Assembly: GCA_050178385.1 (NCBI GenBank)
Contig: JBFXGD010000041.1
Span: 1-23,849, forward strand
Reading direction: 5' to 3'
DNA: 23,849 nt
Source of the DNA: Calditrichaceae bacterium
Lineage (GTDB): Bacteria; Calditrichota; Calditrichia; Calditrichales; JBFXGD01
The notes below the pieces were generated by a model. That model was given only the letters and a program-made list of their open reading frames with translations. It was not told the origin of the DNA and ran no database searches. A program made the position numbers and the translations under genes. Positions 8,990 through 15,908 of this stretch are shown here, in pieces (positions within the stretch are counted from its first letter, which is position 1; each line of letters begins with the position of its first letter).

Positions 8990-9526
8990 TTATTGTCCGC
9001 ATTTACCTTCGCCGCATTTGGCTTCTGCAGCTTTTGAATCATCAACGGTGTCAGCCTTTTTGTCTACAGCTTTTTTATCGGAAACATCTCCCTCACCGCA
9101 CTGGCCCTCTCCGCATTTACCTTCACCGCACTTTGCTTCCATTGCTTTAGACTCTGCTGATGCGCTGTCCTTTATCGCGCCGGCTTTTTTCATGTCAGTT
9201 TTGGATTCTCCGCATTTACCTTCACCGCATTTTGCTTCAGCAGCTTTGGCATCCTTCATTTCCTTTGCGTCTTTCTTGACATCTGCCTTCTTTTCTGCCG
9301 ATTTTTTTGTCTCTCCCGCGCATTTGAGTTCTGCCGGAGCTTTAGGCGTAGAGTTCAGTGATGACAATGCTTCTCTAACTTCGCTTCCGGATCCCAGCGG
9401 TGAATAGGCAAAGACATTTTCCGGCGCCTGACCGACAGCCAGGCCGGCTATGGCGCTCAGAAGAATTGAGCCTTTTGAAAAGCTCACTAATTTATTTGAA
9501 CGATTGTTCTTGATTTCCCTGCTCAT
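8990..9526 (-). CDS. Secreted low-complexity Cys-repeat RiPP precursor (HvfA/oxazolin-, EGKCG-bufferin-like)
   Basis: ATG at 9526 with AGGGGG RBS gives 178 aa. It has an N-terminal signal-like region and 8 Cys in ELKCA, 3x EAKCG, 3x EGKCG and EGQCG motifs, and lies directly upstream of DUF692. Confidence 0.9.
   Translation of the reverse strand: MSREIKNNRSNKLVSFSKGSILLSAIAGLAVGQAPENVFAYSPLGSGSEVREALSSLNSTPKAPAELKCAGETKKSAEKKADVKKDAKEMKDAKAAEAKCGEGKCGESKTDMKKAGAIKDSASAESKAMEAKCGEGKCGEGQCGEGDVSDKKAVDKKADTVDDSKAAEAKCGEGKCGQ
8997..9229. repeat. Three coding repeats ccgcatttaccttcRccgca (CGEGKCG modules of the precursor)
   Basis: Copies at 8997-9016, 9111-9130 and 9210-9229. Confidence 0.9.
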
Positions 9527-9760
9527 AAAAAATTCCCCCTTAGTTGTGATAAAAAATGTTTCATTCCAATGAAAAACTGTTATCTTTAAATTGAACTTCA
9601 TCAAATGAATATTTTGTACTCATCAAACCGGAGTTCGGATTCCATTATTCCAGAAAATTATTAAATGATTTTTTATAATAGATTGATTTCAGGCGGTGTT
9701 TTCGGTCATTTTAACAGATAAAACTGATTGTCGGACTTAATTAATATCAGGAATAATCAG

Positions 9761-10591
9761 ATGAGTACAGGGGTTAGTTTTGCGGGTGTTTGTATTTTAA
9801 TGCAATTGACCCTTTGCGGGTGCGGAAGCCGGACGGATCAGAATCCGGGACAAAAAATCATTTTTCAGGATATGAATATCACTGCTGATTCTGTCGATAT
9901 CCACCACGAATACCGGCAGGTATATATTCCGGTTGAGGGGAAATCAGAAGTATTTGAACACAGAACCATCTATGCCGCGGATACCTCGAATGTAATAGCG
10001 TTGCTGGTGGAAAAAGGTAAGAAGGTAAATCAGAATGATTTTCTCGCCGGATTATGGAGCCTTTCGAAACAAAAAGAATATACTCCGGTAGATATCCGGT
10101 CACCTATAACGGGTGAAATCACAAAAGTTTATGTTAAAGTCGGTGATAACATTGCATCAGGGGCTCCTCTGTTTGAGATCAGAAACAATGACTACCAGAT
10201 TTTAAAAGTACAATTAAGGCTCGAGCAGGCACGGTATATATATAAAGGCCAACACGCGGAACTCAAAACAAATTCTGTACGGGTTCAAGGTATTGTTAAT
10301 CAGGTCGATAATTCACAAGGATTGATCGTGATTTTAATAAATAATCTTGAATCCGGCTTGCCGGATGGGGTACAGATAGACGGCAAGATTGATTGCGGAA
10401 AAATCAAGGGAGAGTATATAGGAAGCAGATATTTTAACGCTTCCGAAAAGCTGATTGCAGCTGGAGACGGAGGAGAAACCCTGGAAATATCGAGAGTTGG
10501 GATCGCGGACTCCTTGTCACTAATTTATCCCCCGATTCCACATGGTATAAGGATGCAGATTATTCAGAAAAGTCTTGATTTAGCTAATTAA
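9761..10591 (+). CDS. Efflux periplasmic-adaptor-like (HlyD/MFP, biotinyl-lipoyl domain) probable lipoprotein
   Basis: Lipoyl half-motifs LLVEKGKKVNQNDFL and IRSPITGEITKVYVKVGDNIASGAPLFEI, then YIYKGQ.A...GIVNQVD. Lipobox-like LCGC. Start is ATG 9761 or TTG 9728. Confidence 0.7.
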   Translation: MSTGVSFAGVCILMQLTLCGCGSRTDQNPGQKIIFQDMNITADSVDIHHEYRQVYIPVEGKSEVFEHRTIYAADTSNVIALLVEKGKKVNQNDFLAGLWSLSKQKEYTPVDIRSPITGEITKVYVKVGDNIASGAPLFEIRNNDYQILKVQLRLEQARYIYKGQHAELKTNSVRVQGIVNQVDNSQGLIVILINNLESGLPDGVQIDGKIDCGKIKGEYIGSRYFNASEKLIAAGDGGETLEISRVGIADSLSLIYPPIPHGIRMQIIQKSLDLAN

Positions 10592-10637
10592 AATTATATA
10601 TTTAAACTAATTAATGGTATGAGGCAGAAAACACTTC

Positions 10638-11039
10638 ATGCGTAAAGCACTCTTCTATTTAATAAGTCTTCTTTTACCCGTGTCAATTCTATTGGCGGGT
10701 ATTGTATTCAGCGAATACAGCGCTGTTCCCACAACAGATAAGGTGACCGTATCCTGGGTTACATCTTCTGAAGAGGGGGTCAGGCATTTTATTATACTAA
10801 AAAGCACAACCGACCGGGACTTTGTTGAACTAAAGCGCGTAAAGCCGAGAGGACCGGGAACTTCATATGATTTTATCGATGAGAATGTAATGTTTAAAAG
10901 CGGTACGGCTCTCTTTTACAAAATTAAGGCCGTCGGGGAGAACGACACACAGATAGAAGAAACAGATTCGATGATCGTTCACCCAAATATTTCAGGTGTG
11001 TTCAGAACCTGGGGAGCTATAAAGGCCATGTTCAGATAA
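10638..11039 (+). CDS. Small secreted fn3/Ig-like protein with C-terminal TWGAIKAMFR motif
   Basis: GAGG RBS, signal peptide ending LLA, and a V.VSW.T.SE.....F.I.KS...YDFIDE....FYKIKAV beta-sandwich pattern. A terminator follows. Confidence 0.75.
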   Translation: MRKALFYLISLLLPVSILLAGIVFSEYSAVPTTDKVTVSWVTSSEEGVRHFIILKSTTDRDFVELKRVKPRGPGTSYDFIDENVMFKSGTALFYKIKAVGENDTQIEETDSMIVHPNISGVFRTWGAIKAMFR

Positions 11040-11061
11040 TTTAATTTTGAAGACTTCATTT

Positions 11062-11098
11062 ATCCCTTTTCATTCAGTTGGAAAGGGATTTTTTGTTT
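11062..11098 (+). terminator. Intrinsic terminator
   Basis: atcccttttca-ttcagt-tggaaagggat followed by tttttgttt, about 22 nt after the 11039 stop. Confidence 0.75.
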
Positions 11099-11488
11099 AT
11101 TGGCAAAATGCTAAGTTTGAAAATTCTCAAATCAAAAGGCAAGATCATTTAAAGTGTCAGAATCAAGTCAATAGACTTGATATAATAGACATCAAAAGAA
11201 TAACCTTAAAAAATGTTAATTTATCCTCAGTAAAATTGGTCAGAATAAATCAATGAAAATGTTAACTTCGCGTATTAAAAAAAAATAACAGTGTAAAATT
11301 AGAATAATACTGATGCCAATTTCCTTTTATTGTACAAATTAAGAAAGCTAAATATCATTCCCTAAGGAACCTGTACAAAAGGAATTTGTTTATCATTGTG
11401 AGTGTTTTTTGTAATGATGTCGCCCGATCGGTGAAAATTAGTTGAATGGATTTAAGAGATCCCCTATATTTTATCACAGGAGGATAAA

Positions 11489-12112
11489 TTGAAAAAAAAT
11501 ATATTCATTTTATTGTTAATTCTGATCCCAATCCAGGGTTTCAGCCAGTTTGAACAATATCTGCAGAAGGATCCGCAGCCTACGACATACCGGCAGCGCG
11601 GATTGGCCTTCAGCATGGTTGAGCTCGGAGCCGGGATTGGCGCCTTCATAAAATGGCCTCTTAAGAACTATTGGCATATTGGTATGGGATTTGACGGATT
11701 TATGCTCCGCGACAGTAAAGAATTTAACTATATTGATATTTACGGATATCCCAGAACCGTCAATGGCGATAATAATGTATATATCCTTGACTTTATGTTT
11801 ACCGTAAAAAAAAGATTGTTCGCAAAAGATCTGGATGACAATGTAAGACCGTTTTTCGCGATCGGCGCGGGTCCAATTTACGGGATGAATTTTCCGGAGT
11901 ATGACACAAAACCAGACGGCACAAAAACAAGAGACCAGTACTCACTCACTCTGGGCGGGTTGATTGCCGCGGGTATCGACGCGAATGTCAGTTCAAAAAA
12001 CTTCCTTGGAATAAGATTGCAGTACCGTATAATTCCGTTCACCGAAACCATCGGTGAGCGTAAGGATCAATCAACCTTTGATTTACGGCTTGAAGTCGGA
12101 CAGCGATTCTAA
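11489..12112 (+). CDS. Hypothetical outer-membrane beta-barrel protein
   Basis: AGGAGG RBS with TTG start, signal peptide, amphipathic strands (RPFFAIGAGPIYG, FLGIRLQYR) and a C-terminal Phe (LRLEVGQRF). Confidence 0.7.
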   Translation: MKKNIFILLLILIPIQGFSQFEQYLQKDPQPTTYRQRGLAFSMVELGAGIGAFIKWPLKNYWHIGMGFDGFMLRDSKEFNYIDIYGYPRTVNGDNNVYILDFMFTVKKRLFAKDLDDNVRPFFAIGAGPIYGMNFPEYDTKPDGTKTRDQYSLTLGGLIAAGIDANVSSKNFLGIRLQYRIIPFTETIGERKDQSTFDLRLEVGQRF

Positions 12113-12573
12113 TGGCAAAAACATCCGTTACATTTATTGAATTAAAAATTACCGCTAAAGAAAGATACATCTGCCAGATTGTAGAAAAATTGTTCAACAA
12201 AAATTTGCGCACGACGGTTTATGTGGCGGATAAAAAAGCAGCTTTTAATCTTGATAACCTGCTCTGGAACTGGAAGCAGGAAAGTTTTGTGCCTCATTCC
12301 ATAATGAACGATCCATCCATGGCGCCCGAAGATCCGGTTATTATTACATCGAACGAATCATTCCCGGCGTTGACTGATGCGCTTATTTTATACGATCCGT
12401 TGCCTGTCAGCAAGTTTGAAGGGTACCGGTATATTATTGATTTCGCGGAAATCTATGACAATACAAAATTAGTGGAAAGCCGTAAACGTTATGCGGCGTT
12501 CCTGCATAAGGAAGAATACGAATTGTCCTTCATGCAACTGGGCGCATTCTTAAACGGGCAAAATAAAAAGTAA
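12112..12573 (+). CDS. holC: DNA polymerase III subunit chi
   Basis: CQIVEK, LDNLLW.WKQESFVPH, PVII, IIDF and SRKRY match the HolC pattern (LD..LW....SF.PH; R.RY). Confidence 0.85.
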   Translation: MAKTSVTFIELKITAKERYICQIVEKLFNKNLRTTVYVADKKAAFNLDNLLWNWKQESFVPHSIMNDPSMAPEDPVIITSNESFPALTDALILYDPLPVSKFEGYRYIIDFAEIYDNTKLVESRKRYAAFLHKEEYELSFMQLGAFLNGQNKK

Positions 12574-12802
12574 CAACGCTAATACGTTTTTTGTATATTA
12601 CATGTATATCTTTGAGCATAAAAGAGCAGGCTGTCAAATCCGGTTTTATCTCAAAATATAATTTCGGATTCTACTGTAAAGCCATGACAAATAGATTTAA
12701 AAATGCCTATTCACGATTCCGGTAATTCTAATCAAAACTTCTAAGATTCAAAGACAATGACTACAGCTCGCCGGGATTAATAATACTGACAGGGATTTAA
12801 AT

Positions 12803-15799
12803 ATGTTAGTCAGGAAGATTTTAGATGAATTAAACGAAAGCCAGCAATTAGCGGTGACCGCGCCGCGGCAGCCGGTACTTATGATCGCGGGACCGGGAAC
12901 AGGAAAAACCCGGGCTCTGATCGCGCGGATTGTTTATGAAGTACATCATTACAGTATCCCTCCTGAAAACATTCTTGCCCTCACATTCAGTAATAAGGCA
13001 GCGGGTGAAATAAAACTGCGCTTAACCAAGATTCTGGATTCGAAAGCTGAACGGATACGGACCGGGACTATACACGCCTTTTGTCTGGATATTCTTAGAA
13101 AATACCATGAACCCGCGGGTTTGAATAAATATTTTAGCGTATGTGATGATGATTATCAGAATCGTCTTCTAAAAAGTCTGATAAGCGGTAAGGTAAGGGA
13201 AAATCCGGAAAGAGTGGCCAAAGGCATTCAGCTGGCTTTCTCAAATTTCCTGTTGAAAGGCAATCCTCTACCGTCTTTTTCCGCGATGATATATGAAAAT
13301 TATGAAACGCATCTTCAGAAACACGGACTGATCGATTATAATCAAATCCTGGTCAAAACGCTCGCTCTGCTTAAGGAAAATAAGGATATTCTGGAGCAGT
13401 ACAGGTTTTTGTATCAATCTATCCTTGTCGATGAATTTCAGGATACGGATGTTGTTCAGTATCAAATCATCAAACTGCTGGCCGAAAAACATCGCAATAT
13501 CTTTGTCGTTGCTGATGATGATCAGTCAATATATTCCTGGCGGGGCGCAAACCCGGAAAATATACGTCAGTATATGGACGATTTTTTAATAAAAGAACCG
13601 GTATTTCTTGAAATTAACTACCGGAGCGGAGAAAAAATTACTCAGGCGGCACAAGCCATTGTGAAGTCGACTGACAGAATTGAACCGGGCAAAAATATAA
13701 TTCCCGATGCTCAAAAAAAGGATCTGATACAGGTTGCTCTGTTTGAAGAAGAGGGAAAAGAGATTGAATTTATCGTAAAAAAAATTGATGAATGGCACAC
13801 GGCGCAAAAGGCTGATTACTCCGAAATAGCCATTATCTATCCTCAGCACCGGTTCGGGGATCAGATTGCTGTCCGGTTACTAAAAGAGAGAATTCCCTAT
13901 CAACAGGCCTCCGGCAGGAATCTGCTTGATCAGCCTAAAATGGCTCGTCTATTATCATATTTGAAGCTCATCAGAAATCCGATCGACAATCTTGTCATCG
14001 AGGAGCTTGTGGAAGTCGAGCTGGGACATCACATATACAAACAGATTCAGAATTATCAGAATCTAAATGAGAAATCAACTTTCAGGAAGGCGTTGAACGA
14101 TTTTTCAACACGTTCGGAAATCGGGTCTGATTTACGCAGGAGAATAAACGCGTTTATCGGAAACATCGCGAATCTTGTAAATCTGAAATCATTTTACAAA
14201 TTTGACAGCCTCGTTGCGGAAATATTGAACAGTTCACAGGACACGGAAAAAACGATTCTGGAACATAATGTTGAGAAGATAGCCGATGTTACCCTTAGGG
14301 AAAACAACAAAGCCAGAAATCCGAAAGCGCAGATTTGGATATATCACTCAAACGAGAAATTGTCATTTGTCGCCTGCGAAATGCTGCAGTTGTTTTATCA
14401 AAACCGGGTTCATGTTTTAAAGAATGAAAATCTGATCAATATTAATCCGGGTGATGTGGCAATTCTGTTGTCGCCCATGAATGACCACAAACTTTCATGT
14501 GAAGTAGAAATATTGTACGATAAAACTGATGAAAAAAGACAGGGTTCGCTTTCCACGCTTTTTCGCATAATGCAGTCAAAAATGAAGCAGTCTCGCGCGG
14601 CATTTTTCAGGGACTATGTAGTGTTTGATCTGGAAACCACGGGAAGAGATCCTGAAAAATGCGGGATTGTTGAAATCGCGGCCGTGCGTGTACGTGATTC
14701 CAAGATCATTGATGAGTTTCAGACCCTGGTCAATCCCGGCATGCCCATCGAGCCTGAAGCGCAGGCTGTACACCACATCACCGAAGAAGATGTCAGAGAT
14801 GCTCCCGATATGAAAACAGCCGTGAAAAAAATGATCGGGTTCGCGGGTAAAGACTTATTGATTGCTCATAACGGATACAGTTTTGATTTTAAAATTATGG
14901 ACAGGCTCTCACGCAGCCTGACGGATGACCGGCTTCCAAACATACGCTACGATTCACTTGTATTCGCGCGCCACCTGTATCCTTCTCATCGAAATTCCAT
15001 TGACGCGCTGGCGGAGCGGTTTGAGCTTGATCCGGGAAACAGACACAGAGCGCTGGATGATGTGCGCGTATTGCATGAAATTATTCAAATAATGCATGAG
15101 GTTGCCGGAAAAAGAGAATCCAAAACTGCCGGTGAGAATCTTACCGAGTATGTTGCCCTGGGAAATTTGCTGGAAGACAAACTGGTGGCTGTTGAAGACA
15201 AGATATTTTTTGCTTCGGGGGCGCGCAAATTGCTCTCGCCGTATTCAGAAATTCTAAGTAAATTCGCTTCGAGATTTAATTATCCCGAAGCGGAATTAAG
15301 GGAAAAAATTCGAAGCAGAGCCGAGCAGGCCATGCCGGGCATTACGTCTTATGACATGAAAGACGATGTCTTCAAACGAATGCTTGAAATGGCTGATCAG
15401 TTCAAGCATCTGCCCGTCGAACAGGCGATAGCTGAATTCTTGTCATTTATCCTGCTGATAAACCCGCAGGATGGCCTTGGAAGCATAGATGCTGTTTCAC
15501 TCCTCACATATCACGCCGCAAAGGGACTGGAGTTTGACCATGTGATCATCATGGGGCTCGAAGACGATACCATGCCCAGTTTTTTTGCCTACAAAAAAGA
15601 TGATCAGGATGACCGTCCCGTGGCAAAAAAACTGGAAGAACAAAAACGGCTTCTTTATGTCGGGATTACGAGAGCAAGAAAGGAAGTTATCCTGACAGCA
15701 GTCAAAAACCGATTTGGCAAGATGCAGAAATCCTCTCCTTTTTTAAAGGAGATGACGGATCTGGTCGGCCAGTCTGACCTTCCCATTTTAAGATTGTAA
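12803..15799 (+). CDS. UvrD/PcrA/Rep-family SF1A helicase with internal DEDDh (DnaQ-like) 3'-5' exonuclease domain
   Basis: Helicase motifs LNESQ, AGPGTGKT, LTFSNKAA, TIHAFC, VDEFQD, DDDQSIYSWRGA, NYRS, TYHAAKGLEF and RLLYVGITRA. Exonuclease motifs VFDLETTG, AHNGYSFD and HRALDD at about aa 604-760. Confidence 0.93.
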   Translation: MLVRKILDELNESQQLAVTAPRQPVLMIAGPGTGKTRALIARIVYEVHHYSIPPENILALTFSNKAAGEIKLRLTKILDSKAERIRTGTIHAFCLDILRKYHEPAGLNKYFSVCDDDYQNRLLKSLISGKVRENPERVAKGIQLAFSNFLLKGNPLPSFSAMIYENYETHLQKHGLIDYNQILVKTLALLKENKDILEQYRFLYQSILVDEFQDTDVVQYQIIKLLAEKHRNIFVVADDDQSIYSWRGANPENIRQYMDDFLIKEPVFLEINYRSGEKITQAAQAIVKSTDRIEPGKNIIPDAQKKDLIQVALFEEEGKEIEFIVKKIDEWHTAQKADYSEIAIIYPQHRFGDQIAVRLLKERIPYQQASGRNLLDQPKMARLLSYLKLIRNPIDNLVIEELVEVELGHHIYKQIQNYQNLNEKSTFRKALNDFSTRSEIGSDLRRRINAFIGNIANLVNLKSFYKFDSLVAEILNSSQDTEKTILEHNVEKIADVTLRENNKARNPKAQIWIYHSNEKLSFVACEMLQLFYQNRVHVLKNENLININPGDVAILLSPMNDHKLSCEVEILYDKTDEKRQGSLSTLFRIMQSKMKQSRAAFFRDYVVFDLETTGRDPEKCGIVEIAAVRVRDSKIIDEFQTLVNPGMPIEPEAQAVHHITEEDVRDAPDMKTAVKKMIGFAGKDLLIAHNGYSFDFKIMDRLSRSLTDDRLPNIRYDSLVFARHLYPSHRNSIDALAERFELDPGNRHRALDDVRVLHEIIQIMHEVAGKRESKTAGENLTEYVALGNLLEDKLVAVEDKIFFASGARKLLSPYSEILSKFASRFNYPEAELREKIRSRAEQAMPGITSYDMKDDVFKRMLEMADQFKHLPVEQAIAEFLSFILLINPQDGLGSIDAVSLLTYHAAKGLEFDHVIIMGLEDDTMPSFFAYKKDDQDDRPVAKKLEEQKRLLYVGITRARKEVILTAVKNRFGKMQKSSPFLKEMTDLVGQSDLPILRL

Positions 15800-15908
15800 A
15801 GTAGCTTTGATTATAAACATATTAATTCATAGATTATCATTGCGAATAATTTTACTGAATTTGAATACCAGTTTTTTTGAACAGGACCGGAGGTTTAAAT
15901 AATAATAT

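Noticed and set aside
8997..9229. Three 20-nt direct repeats as a possible CRISPR array
   Set aside because: Periods of 114 and 99 nt are in-frame multiples of 3, the repeats encode CGEGKCG in the precursor, and there are no cas genes.
8970..9407. 145-aa plus-strand ORF with PHLPSPH repeats
   Set aside because: It is the antisense shadow of the repetitive precursor gene. The minus-strand frame has an RBS, signal peptide and cluster context.
9527..9604. 26-aa N-terminal extension of the precursor in the ORF track
   Set aside because: The ATG at 9526 has a good RBS and puts the signal region at the N-terminus. The extension overlaps the likely promoter.
11047..11256. 69-aa ORF after the TWG-tail gene
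   Set aside because: It has a TTG start without an RBS, runs through a terminator hairpin and has no recognisable features.
14200..15120. Helicase insertion as an intein
   Set aside because: No intein splice-junction or LAGLIDADG motifs are recognisable. The insert is a DEDDh exonuclease.
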